Assembly: GCF_048593235.1 (NCBI RefSeq)
Contig: NC_133622.1
Coordinates: 106,020,001-106,084,000, forward strand
Source: Sminthopsis crassicaudata
Taxonomy: Eukaryota
Direction of reading: 5' to 3'
Length of the DNA: 64,000 nt
The notes beneath the pieces were generated by a model that saw nothing but the letters and a program-made list of their open reading frames with translations, was not told the origin of the DNA and did no database searches. Positions 50,701 to 64,000 of this stretch are shown in pieces (positions within the stretch are counted from its first letter, which is position 1; each line of letters starts with the position of its first letter). Made by a program: the position numbers and the translations under genes.

Positions 50701-53700
50701 TCATAAAATCTGTGCACATTTTTGTATGATTCTTTGCTCCTGATGTTTAAAGACATCAATTTATTTCTTTTTTTAATTTAATATTTTATTTTTTCCCTTA
50801 GTTGTTATTTCCTTTGATGAACTTTTTACTGACAACTGAATTATGCATTTGAATCATTTTAATTAGTCAGACGCAAATTCTACTTGGGTGAAATAGCTGG
50901 CAGATAAACATTTAGGAAAAAGGAAAAAAAAATGAGTCTCTCTTTTTATCTGCTTCAATATTAAAAGTTCTATACTTAGAGTACTGGGTGTTCAAATACC
51001 AGCTCCCAAAGAACAGAAATCCCCTGTTTGTTCCCATTGATAAGTCTTAAAAGTACTACTTGTTCTGCATAAGTACTAAATACTTAATTTAGGAACTTAG
51101 TATACTAGAAAAAGTCTTACTTCTCGTAATCATAAAAGAGGAAAAGGAATCCAGGGATCATAAGAAAAATTTGTTGAAAATAAGTTAGAATAGCTCTTAA
51201 ACTTTATAGTGTAAGATATAAGACATACTTTGAGAAGTCAAAGAGTCTTTAAGGCAAAAATAACTCTGGGTTATCTTGAAACTGTTATGAAACTTAATAT
51301 TTCATTACACAAACACTACCAATAAGTACATTTCTAAAACATAAGCAGCATACAAAATAATTTATTGCATACAAAATAAACATTTGTCTTAAAAAATAAA
51401 TCTTTCATTGCAGATTAAAAATAGAAATTAGAATGAATTAAAGCTATCAAGTAAAAAAAAAAAAAAATTAGTCCCGATTTCTAAAATTTCTATTTCTATA
51501 CTCAGCTGTTAGGATATTTCCTAAATAAAATTTTCTTGACAAGTTATTAAAAGTTATGCATTTGTGAAAAAAATGATATGTGAAACAATACATAAAAATT
51601 TTAAAGATTAAGTTCTTTATTGTAATAAGTTCTGAATTCTAGAAGATACCCAACATATTAGTTTTTAAGAATTTTGAATAAGAATATTACTATTAAGAGC
51701 AAAAAGCAAATTTAACAAGACATATTGTAAAGCAGTGTGTTAAATGCTTATGATCCCAGTTCTTATGAATACAAAACATGCAACTACTACATTAAAATAC
51801 AAGATAGTTATAAAAGGACTAATATGAATTGCTGCTCTGAGAGATCCAAAGGAGGAAAGGTAATTACTAATTTAAGGAAGGAATATATGGAGGAACTGGA
51901 TCAGGGAAGGCTACACAAAGATGAGGATATATAAAGGACAGGATTCCAAAAGGCAAAAAAGAAAAGAGAGAATATTCAAGGCTTAAAGAGGTGTAGGCAA
52001 ATGCATGGAGGTAAAATAGTATACCAATCATAAGAAGCAATTATTTCTGAGGGGGTCCCAAGAATAGATTAAGAAGTTCGTAAACTTGGACAGAAAAATC
52101 ACATTCTTATTTTTGCTAACTTTAACTAAGCAACTTCTTCAAATATTTAAAAACATTCTGAGAAGAGGTTCATGGGTTTCACCAGACTGCCAAAGGAATC
52201 CACAACACACACAAAAAAGAATCCTTGCTTTAAAAAATCAGCAAGGTAAAAGAGATCAATATGAGACAGAGTTAGTAAAGTAGAATAATTTCAGAACATG
52301 GGCAGTCTTGAATGCTAGCCCCAACAGTTTAACATTTTAACTTGGTAGGCAATGATGAATAAAAGAAGTTTTTGATAGTTGCGCTGTGCCATGCTGTACC
52401 ATGCTAAATCATTACAAGTGAAGAGATGAGAGGCAGGAAGATTACAATATTAAGAAGCTACTGAAACAATATCCAAAGAGGATAAATATGGTGAGGTAAC
52501 AGCAGAAAAAGAAGGTAGTAGAGATGGAAAAAATGAATGCAGAGAAAAAAAATGGACAATTTTGATAATTAGCTTTGTTAACAGCAATGAAGGAAAAGAA
52601 AGGTTTAAAGACAATACTAAGATTTCAAACAAGGGAAACTTGAGTTATTAATAGTGATATAATGAAGAAAAAACAGTGACATCAGGAGAAGCAAGTTAAG
52701 GGGAAAAAGTATTAAGCTTGACTTTGGGTATATTGACTTGAAATGCCAAGAGAACACCTAAGACAGAATTTGGCTACCAAGGTACTGTAGACTCATCAAA
52801 AGCAGAGAAGGTAGAAGCTGGAGATCAGATTTGGGAGACCTCATTCATATAAAGCTTATAATTGAACTTAGGGGAATGAATGAGACTGCCAAAGGAGGGG
52901 TGACAGAAAAGAGAGGTTCCAAAGACATTTATTTAAGTGTGTATTTTAAGATTTACAATATACTTTACAAAATTTAATTTGATCTTCACAACAATCTAGT
53001 GTGATTAAAGAGGCATTTCAAATACTTTTCATATTTCACAATTAAAGTTCAGAGTATACCACAATTAATAAGTGGTAGCACTGGAATGTGAATCCTAAAT
53101 CTCTAAATATAGTGGTGACCTTTCCAATCCATATTTCTAAAAAAGATAAACTACTCTCTCCAGCCTTGTTTTGCGATTCTACCAAGCCACAATAACAAAT
53201 TATTATTTTACTACTCTCATTCTGAGACATCAAAACTCCAAAAATGACCAAGTGAGACTTGGGCTGGGAGCTATTGTTGGTCAATAGGGTATGGTTGTTA
53301 AAAAAAAGAAATCTAATCTGAAAATCCCAAGATATCTTGTGAAGTTTGGGCAGAATACCCGAAAGTAAGGATATGATTCCCTATATGGACAAAGATAAAA
53401 TAGAAGAAAAATAGTAAGGCTATAAAAATAATAAGGCTGGGTATATCAGAAAGTTAAGCTGAAGACCTTTAAGTTTACTCAGTAAGCTAAGGGGAGGCTA
53501 TGCAAAGGTTTTAGCAAAAGAGAAGCATGACCCTTTCTATATACCAGGAAAATTAATCTAGTAGGAATGTGAAATATAAAATAAGGTAGAAATAGAGACT
53601 GACGACTTAAAGATCACTGGGAGCCCAATGTGGATGATAAGGAACTCATACTACAAGAAGAAATGTGAATGGAGAGGAAGGTTTAGATGATAGAGGTAGA

Positions 53701-53859
53701 AGTGGCAGGCCTTAGTAAATGATTAGTCATAAGAGTTGAAAGAGCAAGAAAAGTCAAAGAATATTTTAAAGATTAGGACAAAACAGGTTTAGAAGAAAAA
53801 ACAATAAAATTTGATCATGGAAAATTGCTGAGTTTAAATTAAAATTTAAAAGTTTTTGC

Positions 53860-54840
53860 ACAAAACCAAAGGGAAACAAAAGATGGGAAACAATTTTTAC
53901 ATCAATGTTTCTGATAAAGGCCTCATTTCTAAAATACATAGAGAAATGAGTCTAATTTACAAGAACACAAGTCATTACTCAATTGATAAGTTGCCAAAGG
54001 ACATAAACAGCAATTTTCAGATGAAGAAATTAAAGCTATCTATGAAAAAAATGCTCTAAATCATTATTAGAAAAATGCAAATTAAGACAATTCTGAGGTA
54101 GAACCTCACATCTCTGCTATTGGCTAAAATGACAGGAAAATGATAAATATTGGAAGAAATGTAGGAAAAATGGGACACTAATACATTGCTGGTGGAGTTG
54201 TGACATGATCCAACCATTCTGGAGAACAATTTAGAACTATGTCCAAAAGGTTAAAATTTTGTGCATATCCTTTGATCCAGCATTTCACTACTGAGTCTAT
54301 ATCCCAAAGAGATCATAAAAGAGGGGAAAGGACCCAACATGTGCAAAAATGTTTGTGTTGATTCTTTTTGTGGTGTCAAAGAACTGGAAAATGAGTTCCC
54401 CATCAATTGGGAATGGCTGAATAAGCTAAAAGTATATGAGTATATGAAAGTAATGAAATATTATTGTTCTATAAGAAATGATGAGCAAGCTGATTTCAGA
54501 AAAGCCTAGAAAGACTTATATGAGCTGATACTGAGTGAAGCAAGCAGAACCAGGAAAGAAGATTGTGTGATGATCAACTATGATAAGATTTAGCTCTTCT
54601 TAGCAATTCAGTGATCCAATAAAATTCCAACAAACTTTGGATGGTTTTGGATGGAAAATGCAGTCTATACTCAGACGGAGAACAATGAAGACTGAATGTG
54701 GATCAAAGCATATTTTCACTTTTTTTCTTCTTGTTTTTTTTTCTTTCTTGTATGCTTTCCCCCCTCCTTTTGTCCTGATTTTCTCTCCCAACATGATTCA
54801 TTTTGAAATATAAAAAATGAATATATATGTAACCTTTTTT
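53860..54840 (+). mobile_element. 5'-truncated L1, antisense to CFAP97
   Basis: Degraded ORF2 C-terminus (VSDKGLISKIHRE...) plus 3' UTR. Confidence 0.85.
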
Positions 54841-57800
54841 AGGTTATATGTGTCTTTTTGACACAAAATTGAAAACAAAAATAAAACAGATGAAGAGAGA
54901 GAAAAAGAAAATGCTGAGTTTAAGGTATCAATAAGTACAACCAGGTGGAGCTGTTGCATAAGTAGTTGGAAATAGGAACTGGAGTTAAGGAGTGAGCAAA
55001 ACATGTGCTTTAGAAGTCATTTGCCTAAAGATAACAACAGAAGCTATGAAAACAAATAAGATTACCAAGGCAGATATACAGAACAAGAGGGTTAAGGACA
55101 GAAATTTGGAGACCACAATACAAGGCCAGGAAGAATAAGTGATAAAGAAAAGAGCAAAGGGTCATTAAAGGAAAAGCAAACTACCTTTACGTAACTCTTC
55201 TCACAGCTATTTCTCAGAAAGCAAGAATGATTGCCATCCCCCCCTCAATCCTTGACCCATTTCTGTAAGGAATAATTGCTTATTCCTTTTCTAAATTTAA
55301 ACAAGACTACAAGGAGATTCTGTTATTTAAAATTATCATTTGAGAAGAATATAAAGAAATACCATGAACTTATAATACATTCTCATCTATTTCTCTGATG
55401 CAACCCATCCTAATCATAAATTCAGTATTTTCTAGGTGATTTATTATAGTTAATATTGAATTCTACTAAAGGCTAGATTCCCAGATAAAAGAAAGAAACA
55501 TCCAATTTGGCTTATGGCTATTATATCCTTTTCATTGCCATTTCTTTCCTTTCTATCTGTCCCATAAATTGTGGCTTATTATTTAATAGCTCTTTTTTTT
55601 TCCTATTAAATCTTCCTGTTTATACCCAAGGTTTAGAATTCTACAAATTTATGCATTTTATTATATTTCCATAATCATCAAGCTCCAATATATGGAATTA
55701 AGACATTTTTATAATTTTGGAGAGGGTATTTCTTAACATATTTTAAGTCAACTGTATTTTTATTTAGACTCTATGAGTTCATCAATTTAGGGATTTCTTG
55801 ATATAGAAATTCCTCCTAAAAGCCCTAAATTTCTTAAGTCTTAAGAGTTATACCAGGGGGCACTGAGAAATAAAATGACTTGCCCAGCCTTAAAGTAGGA
55901 TCAATCTGTATCAGAGGCAAATTTTGAATGAAAATCACAACTCAATCCACTTCTATTCACTGTACCAAAATGCCAATGTAGTGAAAATACACCCTTTAAA
56001 TTCTAAAACCAGGTCTTATAAAGCAATGAATTATAGTAATAAACTCTACATTGTGTTTTATGCATGGTTTTAATGCTTTTAATGAAAGCCTAAAAAACAA
56101 AGTTGTCAAATACCACTTTCAATATTTATAGGTAATCTTTCAGTAAATAAATTACCATGAGTTCTACTACTAAAAATATATCCTAAAGAGGTCTAAAACA
56201 TAAAACTCCTGTTTTATACCTAAGCCAAAAGTTACAAAGTGATAACAAAAAACTAGAAACAGAAATAAATCTAAACAAATGCTCAAAATGTTTTGCTAGT
56301 AACCACCTACTATTTATTGCGTTTGTGGTAGAGAATTAGAAATAAATTTTTAAAAATCCAAATGTTCTTAACCTTTGATTATATTTGAGATCTTTGTAAG
56401 AAACATGCAACAGAAATGTCAGTCACACTGACAAAGGACCGAGTCTTACTCAAGGCAAAATAGACTCTACAGAGTATAGATTTAGAAAGATTTAAGTAAT
56501 AATAAATCAGTCATATAAAATTCATTAAGCAGTGGGATGAATTAGTCATTGAAGTGGAAAGAGCAGAGAATGAAGTAGAGCTATATTAAAAGAATTATTA
56601 AAGTTGTATCTGTCTAAATTTGGGCAAAGAAAAGAATAAATCAAAGATTTCAAATGTATGTGACAAGGAGATATGTGACAGATTCAAAGATAGAGGTAAA
56701 AGTTGAGAGAATATGCTGTATAGAATTCCCACAGAAAACTAGTTTTAGACATGGTAAATTTGAGTAATCCACCATGCTAAGTAACTTGTAGACTAAATAG
56801 TTATAGGACACAGTAGGAAAGTTTGAGGACTTGTCTGATGATTTAGATTTGGGAATTATTAGTATATGGGGTTAAAGCTACAGAATGGCTAAAAATTACC
56901 TAATGAAAATTCAATTTGTGCTAGAGGTGGTAGAGCAGAGGTAACAAAATAGGGACCTCTGAAAGGCTTATCTCTGATGAAAAAAACAATAGTTACAACT
57001 ATAATATGAATCTGGGGTCTAAAATGTGTACTTTCCTTTTTTTTATCTTCTTCTTCCAAACTTTAGGGAGTTAAAAGACTGAAGGAGATAAACAATGTAT
57101 CTCTGAAAAGACTAGTAGTCAAAGGATGTGGCCTCTACTAATAAACTTGATACAAATCTTTTAAAATGAGATCTATGTGAAAAAAAGACAAATATAAGTA
57201 TACAATAAAAAATAACTTTGGCAACATGTAGCACAAACCAAGGAGGGGAGAAGGGTCAGATTTAGGACAATATTCAAAACAATTTGGTGCCTGTGTGACC
57301 TTAGGCAACATAGTTTCCTTTTTTAGAACTTCTTCATTGTAAAATAAATAGGTAGAACTCTTAAAGTACTCCAAGGTCCCTTCCAGCTCTAAAATTCTAT
57401 AAAATGCATCCAATAATGAATATATAAAATTTAATACAGAAAATGTAATATATTTAAGATATTAGTAAATATATTAAGTCATGATATATATAAAACAAAA
57501 ATCAAATGCCTTTTACAGTTCAATTATTATGTGCTATATAAATACTAATTATGGTTAATCACATAAGGAGGCAGACACTACAGTTTACACAGTTCTCTAT
57601 GTAATATTTGAACTAGATTTTTTAGTTACAGATATATTATTGCATTTTTCACTGACTTTTTTCATTCATGCTAAGAATTTATCTCCATTTTTCACAAATG
57701 AAAGCTTTCTTTAGGTGCCTAAATAATCCAGTAATGACATAATCAAAGCCAACTAAATACTAATAGGTTTTTTAATTTTTATTACCTAAAATTTAAGTGC

Positions 57801-58006
57801 CAGGTTAGATTTTTTTCTAAACTATTATAAAAATATATTTTGAGTGACCTATTAGAAAGAAATTGCCAGTTTTTAAATTAACATGGTTATGAGCAATTTT
57901 GTCCTAACCAAAGAGTTCTCTCTTAATTGAATTCTGATTTACATGTATATTTAAGGCACAAAGAAACGTCTATTATCTACAATACATACTTAAATAATAT
58001 GATCAT

Positions 58007-58150
58007 GGGATAGCTAGATGGCACAGTGGAAAGAGAGCACTGGCCCTGGACTTAGGAGGATCTGAGTTCAAATCCAACCGTAGACACTTAACATTTAGTA
58101 GCTATGTAACCCTGGGCAAGTCACTTAACCTCGGTTGCCTCACCAAAAAA
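58007..58150 (+). mobile_element. WSINE1-like SINE
   Basis: gggatagctagatggcacagtgg...gagttcaaatcc...ccctgggcaagtcacttaacctcggttgcctc followed by an A tail. Confidence 0.85.
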
Positions 58151-59047
58151 TAAATTGTGTGTGTATAAAAAAATCAAATTAGTTATTTGCTTTTCAAAAT
58201 ATACAAAAATGCATATTTTACACTCATAAAGGCTCATAAAAGACACCGGATAAACAAGTCTTTTTTTACTCCTATTATATTAGGGAGCAAAAGTCTCATC
58301 TTTTTACTTTTTAAAAAAGTACATTCTGTGGTAAATTGGATTACTTTCAACAAAACTTTCAAAGAAAATTTTTCTTAAATCAAAAGTTTGTCATTTAAAG
58401 AAATTATTTAATTAAAATTAAAGAAATTGTTTAAAGAAAACTTCAGCCTTTCACTTTATATATGTATGTATATATGTATACACACATACATTTTAAACTA
58501 ACTTAAATGTTTTAGTTACATTTTTAATTCATGTTAAATATTTTAAGATAGTATTTGTCTTTCCTTTGATAGTAAGATATAATAAAAAGAACAGAAATCA
58601 AACTACAAGTCTAAATGCTTATTCTGTTCCTCACTAGCCATGTCATCCTGGGCAAGTTTCATAGAACTCAGTCTTAATTTTCACCAAATATAAAATGAAG
58701 AATTTGAAACTGATTTGAGGTCTAGTCCAGTTCCAAACTTGTAGAGGTCTCATCCAGATCCAAAATTTTAGCAATCTACATTTTGTTTTCCTATACTATT
58801 ACTGTCTACTTTAACTATAATCTCATTATGTGCAAAGATCTGTTCAACTTGTAGCACATGGAGTCCAAAACAGAACTATAAATATATGGAAATCTGACAG
58901 CTTTGGAGCCATTATTTTTTAAAATACATTTTTTTCCATGATATAGGGAATATAAGTCCCTAACTCTAAAGTACCTTAAAAATTAAAACAAGTTTTATCA
59001 CAAGATTTAAATGCAAACATTTGATTACAATTTAAAATATGAAATTA

Positions 59048-60232
<1,185 letters not shown>

Positions 60233-61432
60233 TCATAATGCCACTATATCCACAGGTAAATTTCTATATTGCAAATGCTATATTTAAAAAGTAATTTTCT
60301 ACTTTTCCCAATCTGGTGCTTAATACATGCATTAAAAAGCTGGTAATTCTTTTAAAAATAGTTTGGTTAAGCAACAGCAAATCCTACTAGTCTTCAAATA
60401 ATTCATTTAAATAAATATAAAGTAGGGAACCTATATCTATGATCTGTTTTTATTTAACATGACAAATTACCACACAGGATATGTTACTGACAGTATTCAA
60501 GTCATTTCCTATAAGTAAACCAAGAAGATATTAAGACATTCAGGCAATAAAGGCAATGCCAATTACAAGCACCCTTTTGGCACTGGGGATCTGACTGTCA
60601 ATGAATTTCAGTATGGTTTCAACTTGACTTTCCAGACATTTCAGATTACTTCTCCACCCATCTTAGCCTACTTGCTGTTCTCTATTTAGGAAGTTCTATT
60701 TCCATTCTCTGGGTCTATGCAAGGCAACCACAGAAATGCTCTTTCAATTTATGATGCTGAGCATCTATGGAACTCCAAAGCACATAAGAGTGATAGGACT
60801 AGAGTCTGGAAGTATTAAAATCAAATCTTCTCAGATACTTACAAGCTGTGGAGCTCTAGGCAATCACTTAATCTCAGTTTACCTCCCTTTTCTCAGTTAT
60901 CTCCCAGGGTTGTTGGTAGGATTAAATGCAATAATATTTGTAAAAAGTGTTTAGAAAAATGCCTGGTTATAAATATATGTATCTATCTATCTGTATTCAC
61001 ATACAAATAAAACAATTGTTATATAAATGATTGTTTCCTTCCTCTTTCTCCTCCCTTTCCTAGCTCAGTTCAAGGTTCAGCTAAAGCACCAAACTGCTTG
61101 AGGACTGTTATCAATTCTCTTCTTCCCCAATTTACTTTCTGTTTATTTCATATGTATTCTGTATTTAATTATTCATTCCTGTCTCTCTAACCCCATTTAC
61201 CCAGTGTCTGTCACATATAAGGTCTGATAAATGAAAAAAATTAAAACAAATAAATTTATCAAGGAACCCAGAAATGATAAATACAATTATACAATTAGTC
61301 TATAACATATAGTCGTAATGTACCGAGGCAAAGGACTTCATCCTATGTCATTACCGATAAAACCATTAAATTGTTCACAAATTTCTTTGAAAGAAAGGAG
61401 TAAAGGGGTTATGAATAAATGTAAGCAGATTT

Positions 61433-61434
<2 letters not shown>

Positions 61435-61478
<44 letters not shown>
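61435..61478. repeat. (CA)n microsatellite
   Basis: Direct reading of the sequence. Confidence 0.95.
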
Positions 61479-61481
<3 letters not shown>

Positions 61482-63657
61482 TACATATTCCTGCTCTCCA
61501 ATCCTCATTATTTCAAATACCATGAATAAATATTACATTTCTCAAAAAGAAAAGGTGATTCTCTTCCAAGCAACTTATCTTATTAAAAGTTGGGAGTTAA
61601 CTTTAAATTTTCACAACCAAGCACCATCTAGTGTAGAAAGTTGACAACTGCAGACTAATACAATTTTAACCCAAACAGTACAGCTAAGGAAAAGAGGATC
61701 TATCATTACTGTATTTTTTTCCTCACTCACTTCAGAAGTTACTGATGTACTATAAATAGTTCAGGAATACCACTGTGGTTTTTGTACTTTTCTATGAGCT
61801 TCTTCATTTTTAGAAGTGAACTTTGAAAAGGCATGTTCAGCACTCTGTGAAAATTAAAAAGTAAGAATAAAAAATATCATAGATCTAAAGCTGAAAGGAA
61901 CTTCAGATGCAATTTATATTACAGATGAGAAACATGAAGCCAAGGCAAGGTTAAGTTACTTGCCCAAGGTTATATGTAAAGTGACAATGTTAGCACTCAA
62001 ACCCAGGTTGATTCCAGTATCAGTAATCTTTACACTGTACTAAAATATATGAAAAGTTATCATAGTATTTTCAAACATATTAATGTACTAGTACAAAAAG
62101 GATAAGCCTAATTCCTAAAAGGAAAGTCAATAAAGTCAAGCTTAAGGTTGTTTTCCCCCTCTTGGCAATTATGGAATGATAGAAATTAAGTAATTTTAAC
62201 TACAAAATTCTTAAAAATGAAAAACTGAATTTCAAATTTTATGGATTGAATTTAGAATGATGAAATTAGCTAATATGTTGAGAATAAAGAGGCAATGTGA
62301 TGTTTAGTAGAGCTGGCATGAGAATTAAGCAGACCTGGCTTCAAGTCCACTCCTTCACTCCTCCCTACCACCCAGACAGCTCTAATCTCTGACCTCTGAG
62401 TGTTGCAAACAAGTGCAGAAGGTTTTAAATTGTAGAACACATGTCAATATCTATCTGTAGAGGAAGTCCCCTTTGCAGATTTGATTTTTTAAAATTAAAA
62501 TTAAGTAAAACATCTTGTGAACACTAAAGAAAATAATAGGAAATGAAGAGGATAGGGAAGATAAAGAGAATGACAGTAATAAAACTGTAAAGAGGGATAA
62601 AGTTTAAAATTAATCATAAAGCAACAAGAATAGAAAATAGACTAATTTCAAGCAAACTACTACAGAAAATTTATATTATTAAAAACTACAAAATTTCTTA
62701 ATAATGGACATTTTCCTTTTAAAAGGTATATGGCTACAGGGAAATTTATGAACAAAAAAGATACCAGATCAAATTTCTCTGGAGAGCCTCATTTAAAAAA
62801 AAAAACAGACAAAAAACAATCAAACAAAAACTTTGAGTTTTTCAAAATTACAGCAAAATAACAATTCTTGATTACAATTTCAGCAAAATAATTTGAAATT
62901 ATTTGAAATTATGTTTCTTCCACTGAAGTCCTAATTCCATGCCTCAGCAAGATACTTTAAGGCTACAATGACAAAGTACAAACTTTGACAGATTCTGTAA
63001 CAAGAAATTAGTTTGATCAAATTGGATCATCACCAAGGGAAAAGATGTACTCATCTCATTATCCACAGAATGCTAGTCTGGATTCCTGAAACAGTCCAAC
63101 AAAATTTGGAGAGACTCATTAACCAAAAGCTAGTTTCAACTTTTTTTTTGTGGCCAAAGGAAATAATGATGGTCTACTTAACATGTGGAAGGGTTGATAA
63201 AGTACCCAAAGTAATGAAATAATGGATTTTTAAATTTTTACTATAGCTAGTATTATATTGGCTGCAAAGACAATTTTTGATATATCAGTATTATTTTTTA
63301 TACTTTGCTATTTATGCTATAACCATACCTATAGAATTCTTAAATAATCATTAAAAAAAACTTCCTTTATTTACATTTTACAGGACCAGGAAAATAAATT
63401 TATTACTTTTGGGGGATTTATATCTATATCTTTATTTTTATGTCATATTTATGGTTTTGATTCAAGGTGAGTCTTTGATCATAAGGCTGCTCTTAAAGGA
63501 AATTCAGATTCATTTTACAATGAGAATTTCCAATTTGAGAGTAGAAGAAAGAAGAAAAGAGAAGAAAAGAAAAGAAGAGAGTTATACAGGGGGAAAAAAA
63601 CCGTCCTTTTGCTAGAAATTGTAATACAATTGTGCTGTGCCTACTGGACCAAAATTT

Positions 63658-63807
63658 TTCTTTTTATTTTTTTTCCTGAGCCTGGCCTTACTGACTTGCC
63701 CAGGGTCACACAGCTAGGAAGTGTTAAGTGTCTGAGACCAGATTTGAACTCGGGTCCTCCTGAATTCAAGGCTGGTGCTCTATCCACTGCGCCACCTAGC
63801 TGCCCCA
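63658..63807 (-). mobile_element. WSINE1
   Basis: Near-canonical element. 13-bp TSD tggaccaaaattt at 63645-63657 and 63808-63820. Confidence 0.92.
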
Positions 63808-64000
63808 TGGACCAAAATTTCTCTCTGATTACCACATTAAATTTGTCTCACAACATCCAAAACTAAGTCTGTAAAAGGAGAGAAATGCCAACATATTTTA
63901 AATTCAACATTTACTAAGCATGTATTCTGTATAAGAGGCTTGCAAATTATTACATGCAAAGATGAAGTCTCCAAGATAACTAATTAAATAAAAGGGAGTG

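Noticed and set aside
62900-62995. Good branch point and acceptor (ctaatttcttgttacag) on the - strand in CFAP97 intron 1
   Set aside because: No convincing donor found downstream; there is insufficient support for a 5' UTR exon.

Overview
This is mammalian genomic DNA, almost certainly marsupial: it carries WSINE1/MAR1 CORE-SINEs, marsupial-type L1 3' ends and a BovB-like RTE. Two intact protein-coding genes lie tail-to-tail. SLC25A4 (ANT1, ADP/ATP translocase 1) is on the + strand with 4 exons (CDS 31955-34930, 298 aa). CFAP97 is on the - strand with 4 coding exons (CDS 41137-60175, 544 aa); its first non-coding exon is probably outside the window. The 31 kb upstream of SLC25A4 is repeat-rich: many TSD-flanked L1 fragments, SINEs, a 7SL retrocopy and a probable solo LTR. 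It also holds a 3.7-kb internally deleted betaretrovirus-like provirus (21654-25389; 6-bp TSD, tRNA-Lys PBS, decayed gag, frameshift-signal remnant, integrase tail, PPT) inserted into an L1. Three observations stand out. (1) A ~310-bp inverted duplication brackets the last CFAP97 coding exon and covers a cryptic alternative 3' splice site. (2) The two proviral LTRs are mosaic: 128/129 identical over the first 129 bp but divergent or unalignable in R/U5, despite an intact TSD. (3) Tandem hairpin repeats sit at the position where D-type retroviruses carry their RNA-export element. No bacterial-type features (CRISPR, operons, rRNA) are present. All alignments and identities were done by eye; no database searches were run.
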